Shown: in pieces, positions 53,626-64,000 of the stretch
Numbering within the stretch: the stretch's first letter is position 1
How the letters are laid out: every line of letters starts with the position of its first letter
Assembly: GCA_951406725.2 (NCBI GenBank)
Contig: OX597825.1
Location: 10,292,001-10,356,000, forward strand
Origin: Octopus vulgaris
Lineage: Eukaryota
Length of the DNA: 64,000 nt
Direction of reading: 5' to 3'
Notes under the pieces: model-generated
The model's input: only the letters and a program-made list of their open reading frames with translations
Databases searched by the model: none
What the model was told of the DNA's origin: nothing
Made by a program: the position numbers and the translations under genes

Positions 53626-55340
53626 ACAAAGGTGGGTAACCTTTTCACGTCAGAAGGCTGCATTAAGTTAGTTGTAATCTAATTAGACGGCATTCAAGAA
53701 ACTTCAATTACATATTCTTCAAAATCTATATTATTTTGTATAAATCTAATTACTGTGTACTAATTAACTTCAAAAGATGGAAAAAAATAATTCTAAAATT
53801 AACTAATATTTCAATTACATTGTTGTGACTGCTTTTTTGTAGCGAAGCATTTGGTTATTTTGGGTGACAGCATGGAGGTCTCCAGTTTCGGCTGATCCTC
53901 TCGATGGGTATCCGTCATTTGTTACCTTAACGGCGTCTTGATTTTAGCTAGATAGAAAAGCAGGAAATTACCTTTCGTGCATGTTTCCGAAGTCATGGGT
54001 ATTCTATTGTATTTTTCCATTTTTCAATCGGATCTTTCTTAGCGTCAAATAAGGACTTTAAAATGTCGTCTTCTGAGAGCTCAATCGATTCCAACTGCAG
54101 TTCTTTAGGAGCTTTAGAGACACCAACTTGATGAGGTTGAAATGCTAATTTGAGTGTCATGTCCAAAGTCAGTTTACCTTTCATTGTATTCCCTAATTAA
54201 TAAGTATTACAGCTGCATATTCTTCAAATGATTTGCATGAATCCTAATATTATAAAGGACCTTTGCTAACCGGACAAAATGTCCATTCGAAATTTCCTTT
54301 CCAAGAGTTTTGAAAAGAGGCAACTTTTTTTCCGAAATGCTTAACTCTTTTAATTGTTTTCAGTCATTTGACTGCGGCCATGCTGGAGCACCGCCTTTAG
54401 TCGAGCAAATCGACCCCGGTACTTATTCTTTGGAAGCCCATTACTTATTCTATCGGTCTCTTTTTGCCGAACCGCTAAGTGACGGGGACGTAAACACACC
54501 AGCATCGGTTGTCAAGCAATGCTAGGGGGACAAACACAGACACACAGACATAGACACACATACATATATATATACATATATACGATGGGCTTCTTTCAGT
54601 TTCCGTCTACCAAATCCACTCACAAGGCATTGGTCGGCCCGAGGCTATTGCAGAAGACACTTGCCTAAGATGCCACGCAGTGGGACTGAACCCGGAACCA
54701 TGTGGTTGGTAAGCAAGCTACTTACCACACAGCCACTCCTGCGCCTATGATTTAGATTTTTTTGTTACATATCATATACAGGTTTTTAGTTTTTCCTTGC
54801 AAAGAAATATTCAAATCCTTGTGATTTGACGTGACATCACACAGAAAGGCATCATTTCTATAGAAATCTTCTTTCAATAATAAAACTGCTGATTTTGTTT
54901 TTCATAAAATTTAATTATCTGTTCTCGCAAATATAAAAGTTTTGCTAACACCTGTCCCTGCCATAGCCAACGCACTTTAGAACCATACACCAAATCCACA
55001 CTGAACACCTCATCGTCCAACGTTAACATGATATGAAGCTAGCAATTCCACGTTGCATTTGCACGAATATAGTTAACAATTCTATATAACCTTTTGTCAA
55101 GTGTCACTTAAAATACTAGATTTACCTCTGAGATTTTGCTGATGTAAGATACAATGAAAGGAAATGTGAGCATCTGGATCTAATAATACATTTTTTTCAT
55201 CCATGCAATAAACCTTCATGTTTTCCTGTCATGAAAGATGCTCCATCTGTACATACACTCACTAAATTAACCAAATTCACTTCAAATTCGCGACATTTAT
55301 CTTGTAAGTTTGTGACGGTATCCATTCCTTATGTTCTATC
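53626..55340 (-). mobile_element. hAT (Charlie/Buster/SPIN-like) transposase remnant interrupted by a SINE-B
   Basis: VCTDGASFMTGKHEG, FHCILHQQNL, IVNYIRA, KVRWL and ELQLE.IEL...W....EYP segments; possible TIR CAAAGGTGGGTAAC at ~53626. Confidence 0.78.
54344..54745 (-). mobile_element. Full-length SINE-B nested in the hAT remnant
   Basis: Near-identical to 43731-44142. Confidence 0.92.
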
Positions 55341-56612
55341 TCTAAAAGTCCCCAAAGCCAGTAACTCTTCGTAGCAAATAAACGAGAGAGAGAGAGAGAG
55401 AGAGAGAGATAAACAGATTGTGGGCATTTAGAAAAAGGGAAGGAAATATCACATTAAATCTTGCAATATATAGAGAGAATATAGAATTATATAGAGTTAT
55501 AGGTTATATAAATGATGAAGGCGTAACACTGAGGCAGAATATTCTTCCGATCAGGCGGGGAGATGTTAGTCGGCTCGCTTAGCCAATGAGGTAGCATGGT
55601 TCGAAAGCTAAGACGATGTGAAGCGCATTGTGACCAGCGATATATAACAGCATCCGATAGTATGGGCGATGCCTTGATACCGTGGTATAAATGTTAATAT
55701 CGGGAAAGAAGAAAGCATGTGATTACGCCAAGCTGAGCTACCAAAAAATCTGCACACACCACACACACACATGCACATATACACACATGCACACATACAC
55801 ACATGCACGCAATATATTTATTAACTGAGATGAGAGGAATATCCCTTGTATATTTATATATGTATATAAAGCTAGAAAAATGTTTGCCATGATTACTTCA
55901 TGCTAATCAATATTTCATATACTAATTGGGATTTAAAAGGCGTTCCATAGCCGTCCCCAACCAGTCTGTGTAAACACGTTTTGATGTTTCGCTTCCTCTC
56001 ATTGTTTTGTTAACCTGGAAATGTGCATATGCTACAATATGGATTTTATTCACGTGTAAGAGTATCAACTACGCTATTAGTTAATGTTTACTCGCTTTTC
56101 CTTTTGTTTTGATGTTTGATTTTGCATGGCAGTAAAGTGCGATTCCATTACAGATGTTCAGCCAAGAGTAAGAACATAAGAGATTCTGTTTACCGGCATA
56201 AAACTGCTGAACAAACAGAATATAGCAAAATACAGTAAGCAATACGAATGATCCAGCACCCAAACGACACTCAGTACACTTCCTCCTCGGTGAGCGGAGT
56301 CTTTACAGAAATGTGATAACAACGGATCTTTATCACAGAAAAGTGATAATGAAGTCACGATGACAGACATGCTGGTCTCCCAGTATATATATAATGCCCT
56401 GCCAGTGTGTATACTTAGCAGTTATATAACAGGTGACTAAAATAATATAAAAAGATATATCTATACGGTAAAATTTTACGTTTAACTTTTATAGCAGCGA
56501 TACATTTTGATCAGGTTTCATGAGACGTTTTCTTCTCAGCAATTTCTGTTGTAAATCAGGGTGAAGGAATGGGCGATAAAACGGAACGGTGTCGTGTTCC
56601 TTTTCCCATACC

Positions 56613-56849
56613 TATTTCTATTTCTTTAATACCCACAAGGGGCTAAACATAGAGGGGACAAACAAGGACAGACATAGGTATTAAGTCGATTACATCGACC
56701 CCAGTGCGTAACTGGTACTTAATTTATCGACCCCGAAAGGATGAAAGGCAAAGTTGACCTCGGCGGAATTTGAATTCAGAACGTAGCGCCAGACGAAATA
56801 CCGCTAAGCATTTCACCCGGTGTGCTAACGTTTCTGCCAGCTCGCCACC
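56613..56849 (-). mobile_element. Full-length SINE-A monomer
   Basis: TSD CCTTTTCCCATACC at 56599-56612 and 56848-56861. Confidence 0.92.
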
Positions 56850-57065
56850 TTTTCCCATACCGACAGGTTGTGAGTGCGAACTAATGACGCACTCCTCGAT
56901 TTAATAGTGAAGTCAGTACTTATAGTGGTACCTGCATACGGATCAGTAGACGGACCCAATGTAGAGTTAGCTCCCTTGGCTACAGACATGCCTGGGAGAC
57001 GGAGAAAGGCTTTGAATCACAGAAGTTTAGGTTGCTTGATGTTATCTTATCTGATTCAACTATCT

Positions 57066-57101
<36 letters not shown>

Positions 57102-57947
57102 TTTCTTTCTTTCTTTCTTTCTTTCGTTCTCTCTTACTCTCATACAAACACGTTTTGGGTAGGTTTAAACTTGCCATATAAATTTCATAAGACTTTCAAA
57201 GAATAGACAGACGGAAACATGGTAAATATAGAAACAGAAAAAAAATCTTATTATAGCAGAGAAGCCATACTATTAGTGTGGCATCAACTAAAAGAAGATA
57301 TGACAGTGTTGTCATAGAATCTCTGCATATTTACTTTGTGACTTCGTGTAGGTGCGCGGATATCTACATCTGAAGAATTTCAAGTGGGCGTGCTGTTGTA
57401 CACAACTTATCGTCTCATGATCGGAACTAGGATCTGAATCAAATAGCGAGGATAACCAAGGTAAGTTCACAGCTGGGGTTGGAATATATTTTAACACCTT
57501 CTTTAGATGGATAACACATGAAATCAGAACCGAAATATATAAAATTCTTAGAATTACGTTTTCTTTCTTTGACACCTGTTCTTCAACTTTGGCATTAATA
57601 GGCATTGTTTAACATTCACCTTTCGTCGATGATTGTTCAGTTTCAATTAATTAACGTTACCGTGATATCTACTCTTGATTAACTAATACTTAAATTAATT
57701 AATATCTACTTTTAATTAACTTGTTAAATATGCACTGCCTTGTCCGTCTCGGGCGGACGAATTGTTTTGTCTGAGAATACAACAAAACAGCAAACAATAC
57801 GAATGATACCCAAGCAAGAGTCAATACCCAAGCGAGAGTCAATACACGTCTTTCTCGGTTAGCGGAATGTCTATAGACATGTAATAACAATAAATCTTTA
57901 TCATTCAGAAATAATTTTCAAACGATTTTTATAAACTTTATTAACTC

Positions 57948-58228
57948 ATGTGGAGACACATGGCCTAGTGGTTAGAGCAACGGACTCGCGGTCGAGGGAT
58001 TGCGGGTTCGAATCCCAGACCGGGCGATGTGTGTGTTTATGAGCGAAACACCTAAGGTCCACGCGGCTCCGACAGAATGTAATGGCGAACTTCTGTTGAC
58101 TCTTTCGCCACAACTTTCTCTCACTCTTGCAACTCACCGGCGTCCCATCCAGGTGGGTAACCTATACGCCAAGGAAACTGGGAAACAGGCCCTTATGAGC
58201 CAGGCATGGCTTGAGAAGGAACAAACAT
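57948..58228 (+). mobile_element. SINE with a family C head and a different tail
   Basis: A box TGGCCTAGTGG, B box GGTTCGAATCC; follows family C to CAACTTTCTCTCACTCTT, then a CCATCCAGG...GGAAAC..GGAAAC..GCCCT.ATGAG tail shared with 60725-60810 (rc). Confidence 0.8.
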
Positions 58229-58271
58229 ATTAACTCATAAATGAAAATATTTAAACCGTTTATTTTATTGT

Positions 58272-59150
58272 CTAGACCTGAAACATTTGTAGAGGATTGC
58301 TTCCTTGGACCATCTTTGCTACATTCATCCACGCTTCAACGAATTCAAAGTTACTGGAAGGTAACACTTTCCTTTCTGTCCTCACTTTCCTTTCCACGTG
58401 AAACTTCAAAAAGTTATTGAGAGTTTGGCCAAAGATGAAGGTTTCACTGTTTTCAGTCTTCTCCATCACAGAACTTCTTTCGCGAAGGCCACCAGACAGA
58501 CAAACACTGCTTGCTCTACCCAACAAAGGGAAGACGGTAGGAGGGTTTACACAATGGAACCAGCTGACAGGTGGATCCATCCTACAAGAGACAGCAGGTG
58601 TTCGACGTAACTCCATAAGTCATCATGGTAGTTGAAGTCCAATACATGAGCTGGTCAACCACTAGTCAAGAACAAACGCACCAAGCGCCCCTTAAAATAC
58701 ACGTACATCTACTTTGAATCGAAATTTGGCCCCCGAATTGCGGTTTGTACCTCTCCCACTGAGGTCCATCGAACGATTTTCGATCCGTTGCTCCTCAGAG
58801 CACATGTCTTAGTTCTGACAACGAAACCTTTGCGTTTCGCATTAAAAGATTAATCTCACCGCAAGCACATCGGTTGCGATGCCATTCTCAAGTGGTTCTC
58901 TTAAGTTTCCTGCAACGTTACCCTCTACACTAGTTTTCTCTGTCGCTACTTCCTTACTAAACTTTCTCGATTCTACTTAATCACTCTTTTCTGGGCGAAC
59001 CACCATTTTTTGTAAACGATCCCTCCATCAACGTCCGCTTAACTAGTTCTCTAATCCAGTCACTATAAGATTCGCGTCTGGGACGACGTGTCCAGTTTCC
59101 ACAATTCTCCCTATCTACAAAGCTTATCTATGTCGACCGTAGTGATCAAC
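58272..59150 (-). mobile_element. L1/Tx1-like LINE ORF2 C-terminal remnant
   Basis: FIFGQTLNNFLKFHVERKVRTERKVLPSS..FVEAWMNVAKM; homologous to 49150-49470; upstream boundary approximate. Confidence 0.55.
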
Positions 59151-60044
59151 AAATCTGTTGTCTGGACAACCTATGCTTGCCCTGTCTACTGGCCCACAAG
59201 ACACTCTTTCCAGATATGAACTGGATGCCCCGATGCGATTTGTCCAAATTCTTTTCGTTCTGTGTCACTTATTCCAGTTCGGTAGATCTACGTTCCATAC
59301 ACCTATATTTATTTGGTTTATTCTTTATGTCTTTTTGGAGCCTTTTGCCGAAAATTTAAAGATACAATGTGTCATGTCTGCTTCAGAAATGTATCACATT
59401 TTTTGTAATCCTACGAGGATACATGAATAGCTTCTGTCAGAGCCATGTGATCGAAACCGCTAACAATGAATTCGTTTGTCGAGTTGAGGTTGTTGTTATT
59501 GTTGTTATTAATGGTGTTGGTGCTAATGCTGGTGGCGTTGTTTTAGTGTCATTAGTGCGTATGTTGCTGCTATTGAAGACGTGTTTTTCTAATCATTCCT
59601 ATTTACGACAGTTTTGTTTTGTTTCCGTTGTTGATGTTGTTTTTAATCTTTATTCTTGTCACAGATGTAATTTCGATGCTTTTCTTTGATTTCCTTTAAA
59701 TGAATATATTATAGAAAAAAATACAGATTTTGCCCCGAAGGGCGAAAACAAAAGAAACTAAGCTCCAGAGAATGCTGGTTAGTTTACAATAACACTGAAC
59801 AAAAGTTTGCAAACACAATCCTATAAAAGCATAATTAAAAAACATAATTAAAAAACAATTAACACAAACAAAATCTCAGTGCAAGTTGAAGGGGCGTCTT
59901 GTCGATTCCAAAACAACAACAACAACAATTGTAATAAATTAAATCACGTTGATAGACTTTGCACTAAATTTCCCCGTTTAGCGATATTGAAAATGGTAAT
60001 TAGTTTCTCCTTTAATTAAACTTCTCACTAACAACGACTAAGTC

Positions 60045-60370
60045 AGTGAACCGGTAGAACCATTAGCACGCCGGGCGAAGTGCTTTGCGGCATTTCGTTC
60101 CGAGTTCAAATTCCGCCGAGGTCGACTTTGCCTTTCATCCTTTCGGGGTCGATTAAATAAGTACCAGTTACGCACTGGGGTCGATGTAATCGACTTAATC
60201 CGTTTGTCTGTCCTTGTGTGTCCCCTCTATGTTTAGCCCCTTGTGGGCAATAAAAAAAATAAGAATCGTTAGCACGCCGAGTCAAATGCTTAACGGCATT
60301 TCGTGTTTTCATGTTCTGAGTTCAAATTCCGCTGAAGTCGACTTTGCCTTTCATCTTTCCGAGATGTCGA
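60045..60370 (+). mobile_element. SINE-A copy followed by a partial second copy
   Basis: Family A sequence. Confidence 0.85.
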
Positions 60371-60724
60371 TCAATTCTTTGGGAAATTTGGTTCACAGAT
60401 ATTGAGAAACTATGAAAAAAAATTGAGCGTGTCTGTGCTACATTAATGGAATGACAAGGCGGCAGGCATTACGTAGCCAACTTCATTAGCCTACAGTTGT
60501 TTCTGCTATGTGAAGCAGTGCATTCAGACCTGAGTGCGTGTGCACATTACCTTATAGCATTGTCGAGGACTTTAACAGGGAGTGTGTTTATTTCATACCA
60601 AAAGAACCTATTATTATGAAACGTAGTGGCATCGGGTGTAGGTCATTACGGGATTGGAATGGAATAAGGAAATAAGGAGTGTGTAATTGTTTCTGGTCAA
60701 CATTTAAGTAATAAAGATGAAGAT

Positions 60725-60962
60725 CTTTCCCGAGTCATATAGACTCATAGGGTCGGTTTGCCGGTTTCCGTGGTGTCTATATTCCCCTCCTGGATGGAAA
60801 CCTGTCAGTTGCAGGATTACTCATTTTTGCCATCTGAGTGGACTGTAGCAATGTGAAATGAAGTGTTTTGCTCAAGAATACAATAAGTCGCCCGATCCAG
60901 GAAACGAAACCACAATCTTACAATCATAAGTTCATCACCCTGACCACTAAGCCACGCACCTC
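60725..60962 (-). mobile_element. SINE with family D-type head and CORE-like body, and the tail seen at 58135-58228
   Basis: rc GTGGCTTAGTGG...TTCTTGAGCAAAACACTT...CACTCAG...CCATCCAGGAGGGG...CCCTATGAG. Confidence 0.72.
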
Positions 60963-61192
60963 TACCGTCAAGTATTGATGAATTCAATTAGGTGGTCATA
61001 CGATCAGTAATTTAAGAGGATTGAAAAAGAAGTGGTTGAAGACTCTTTGGTTTATTGTTGAGAGTCGAGACAACTTACCGTCGTCTATTAGATAATGAAC
61101 AACCTCCAATATAATTCAGCTGTGTGCTACAATACCCGTTAATTATAAAATATTTTCACAGCTTACAACATCGAACAGAAAACACTGAATTT

Positions 61193-61585
61193 AAGTCAAG
61201 TTAAGTTAAGTTAAGTTAAGTTAATTTCTTGGCTCAAAAAGCAAAAAGCAAGGCCATGTAGGGGGACATGGAGTTATGTACAGGGAGGGTATTCAAGCAA
61301 AGAGTTCAGACCATTTCTGGTCAAGAGAGACTTTGAACCAAGCGGTCGTCGGCATCTTCACTATCTCGTCCGGCAGTTTATTCCACGGATCCGCAACCCG
61401 GACGGAGAAAGCCCCTCTCCTTCGATTGAGATGAAATCGTCGCAGATAGAGCTTTTCGGAGTGGCCCCCGCAGCCGACGCTCTGGAGCAGGAGTGAAGAA
61501 CAGCTCTTTCGAGAGGTTACACTTTCCGCTTATGATGTTGTGAGCAAGAATGATATCACCACGGCGTCGTCGTTTTTCTAGGTCC
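61193..61585 (-). mobile_element. CR1-clade LINE 3' end with (TTAAC)n tail
   Basis: LEKRRRRGDIILAHNII...RLRG..EKL...RRRGAFSVRVADPWNKLP...FKVSLD; short tandem-repeat tail typical of CR1. Confidence 0.88.
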
Positions 61586-62340
61586 AGCTCCATTAAAATA
61601 AAATAATTCGCTTTCGTATTTTAAGCTTTTCCTGCTGGGAAAGAATGTTTCGATGGTTTTGTAAGATCAGAGGGCAGCGTTAATAAACGTTTGAAAACCC
61701 TCTACTCTTTAGGCGAGAAACTGACAATTGTCTAGTCAGCCATTATAAATACTTCAGGTGATAGTGTAAGGCTGATTGCATTAACTTACGCGTGAATTTT
61801 TGTACTTTTACATTTTCCGTAATAAATTTGACATAGAGTATTCTTTCAGTTCGTTTATTTCTGCTATGGGAATTCGATTTAGGCGGATAAAACCTGATTG
61901 TTCATGAAATATTTGCACGGGAATATAAATATTAAAAAAATACCAAACTTTCTTCCATTAAACTTTCAAATTTTGATGTTCGGAACAGAAAATTTTTATT
62001 CGGTGTTTCGGAAAATTGAAGCTATATGAGGATGAATGAATTAATAATTACACTGGGGGTATGCAATAAAAAAAAACAATTCTTTAACTTCAACAGAGTA
62101 GAATTATATTCTCTCTCTCACTCTCGATGCTCCGAAGTTTATCTGCCACTATTTGTCTGTCTCTCTATGTAGCTAGCTGTGTATCCCTCTTTCTGTAGCG
62201 TTGGCTGAGTTTTGAGGTCGACCATGAAATAAATACATATCGGTTGAGTTTAACCCTTTTTTAAATTATATTATTATTAATAGAGACCATTTTCTTTCGT
62301 AACATGACCATGTAGATCACTATTTAATATGACTATCTGG

Positions 62341-62676
62341 GACCCCCTTCGGTTACGACACTGACCATGGGATTGGACCTAGAAAGTTACCCTCCTAGAC
62401 ACAAGTCCGGGCAAGGTTGCTTATGGAAGACCAGCAATCGCCCATGCATGGCGGCCTCCCCTCTCCACGCCACTAGTGTTATCCAAGGGAAAGGCAAAGG
62501 GGCTGATACAGCTTGGCACCTGTGACGTCGCAACTCATTTCTACAGCTGAGTGAACTGGAGCAACGTGAAATAAAGTGTCTTGCCCAAGAACACAACACG
62601 CAGCACGATCCGAGATTCGAGCTCACAACCTCACGATCGTAAGCTCGACGCTCTAACCACTGAGCCATGCGCCTTC
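62341..62676 (-). mobile_element. Full-length tRNA-headed SINE, family D
   Basis: A box TGGCTCAGTGG, B-box-like GCTCGAATCTC, CTTGGGCAAGACACTT CORE-like motif; 3' half matches 22333-22527. Confidence 0.88.
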
Positions 62677-62949
62677 ATATTACTAAAATGAAAAAAATGT
62701 TGAACAAAAAATATTTACCTCATTTATAAATTTATTCAGTTGTTAAATGTTTTCGGGTACATATATTCTTCAAATTTTCAAAGAAATCTATTTTAATTCG
62801 TAGTTGGAGTAAATTTTCTTCAGCTGGCATAAGGGCTAACCTTTCTCTCCTCTCGTATTTTTGCAGTGTAGGTTTTCTTCAATGTACAGAGACAGTTGAA
62901 GAAGGAGTTGTCAAATTCATATTGCTACGATTGAAGAGTACTGGTAAAG

Positions 62950-63383
62950 GGATCTTTTCGGTTTGACCGGCAGTTTTTTCTAGCGGTGTCATATGAAATT
63001 GTCACCTATAATTATGACCCTAGTATCGATCTATTGCATTTCAATCTATTTTAAGGTTAGGGTTAGTTAGGGTTAGGGTTAGCGGTGGGGAGAAGGGTAT
63101 CTTTTTTCTTCAGAAATGTAAATAAACCCAATCTGTTTCTTAAACGATGGACATATTCATACGGCACAGAATGTTTTCACCTCAATAGACGTCATTGATT
63201 GGTTGAAATTGCAGAAATTGAAGAAGAAAAAAACAACAAATATCTTACAAACTATAGAATTTTCTCAATAAAGCCAAGAGAAAAAGATGTTTTATAAACA
63301 CATTCTACCAGTATACGAAGTTTAAAAGTGTTTAGTTACATGGAAATTATTTTAAAAAGCTGCCGGTCAAACCGAAAAGATCC
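62950..63383 (-). mobile_element. MITE copy 3 (Merlin-like) with an expanded TTAGGG patch
   Basis: GGATCTTTTCGGTTTGACCGGCAG TIRs; 9-bp TSD CTGGTAAAG at 62941-62949 and 63384-63392. Confidence 0.9.
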
Positions 63384-63497
63384 CTGGTAAAGTTTATTAA
63401 AGGAAATATAATACAGTAAATTACATAGAATTTGCGTTTCAAAACTTTCCATTGAATAACACTTAGTCCACTCTGTAATCAAATTATTTCAACAAAA

Positions 63498-63728
63498 CTA
63501 CCATAAGTGGTTTTTAAGGAATTCAAAACATTCATATCTTGCTTTTAATTGCTCAACTATTATGCCTCTAATTTTGTTAAAGAGCAGTCTATTATGTTGT
63601 TGCAGGTCAATGGAATTTATCCTGAATCTTTTAATTTCGATTGCTGCATCAAATTTATATACCACCCACCCCGATCCACTCAACGTTTCATAAAATATTG
63701 AAAAATCGTTCAGTTTATTTTCAAGCAC
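63498..63728 (-). mobile_element. Possible Polinton/Maverick-like coding remnant
   Basis: Only a F....SGSGWVV....IEIKRF motif recalling the GSGW motif of Polinton-type proteins. Confidence 0.25.
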
Positions 63729-64000
63729 GGTTCTTTTTTATTTGTTAATTACAATACACTATGTCAAGGTTTTTATTTGAAGAACGTTAAATAAAACATC
63801 AATAAAGGAAAATATGACACTAAATACTTCTCATCTACAAGAATAACTACAAATTTAGCCTGCTTCTGATCATTAACTCTGTCATTCAACATAACCTTTT
63901 GAATCGCATCAAGTCATTTTGAAATTCTGTTTGAGAGACTTGAGAGTACAGAAGTTGAGTCTAAATGACTTGCCAATTTCTCTCCATACTTACTGATTAA

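Noticed and set aside
55555-55690. GC box (GGCGGG) plus CCAAT box as a promoter
   Set aside because: No downstream gene evidence, and the segment looks like a diverged interspersed-repeat tail (from recall).
57312-57605. Possible host exon (AG...GTAAGT at 57351-57460 on plus; 97-aa ORF on minus)
   Set aside because: All three plus frames contain stops, and the minus ORF has no recognisable homology.
57959-58025. tRNA gene (good A and B boxes); likewise 62610-62673 and other SINE heads
   Set aside because: No proper acceptor stem, and each continues into a multi-copy SINE body.
59722-59750. Stable hairpin GCCC-TTCG-GGGC (minus) as a terminator or Helitron end
   Set aside because: Eukaryotic context, no CTRR end at the expected distance, and a single occurrence.

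Overview
AT-rich, microsatellite-saturated animal DNA with no recognisable host protein-coding exon; it reads as intronic or intergenic sequence. The SINE families look like those I recall from octopus (coleoid cephalopod) genomes; that assignment is an inference. Contents: four tRNA-headed SINE families in many copies (some with target-site duplications, some multimeric or chimeric); decayed non-LTR retrotransposons (R4/Dong-type RLE elements at (TAA)n, L1/Tx1, CR1); decayed DNA transposons (one full-length mariner pseudo-element, Tc1, hAT, three GG-ended MITEs with 8-9 bp TSDs); and a 100-N assembly gap. The main signal no ORF explains is a set of at least 8 short non-coding elements, mostly bounded by microsatellites, carrying minimal type I hammerhead-ribozyme folds with palindromic helix III (best at 47622-47666, 3509-3595, 32664-32709, 50959-51006). 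Several sit in head-to-head inverted duplications like Penelope-like-element pseudo-LTRs. Nearly all listed ORFs are translations of microsatellites or SINEs.
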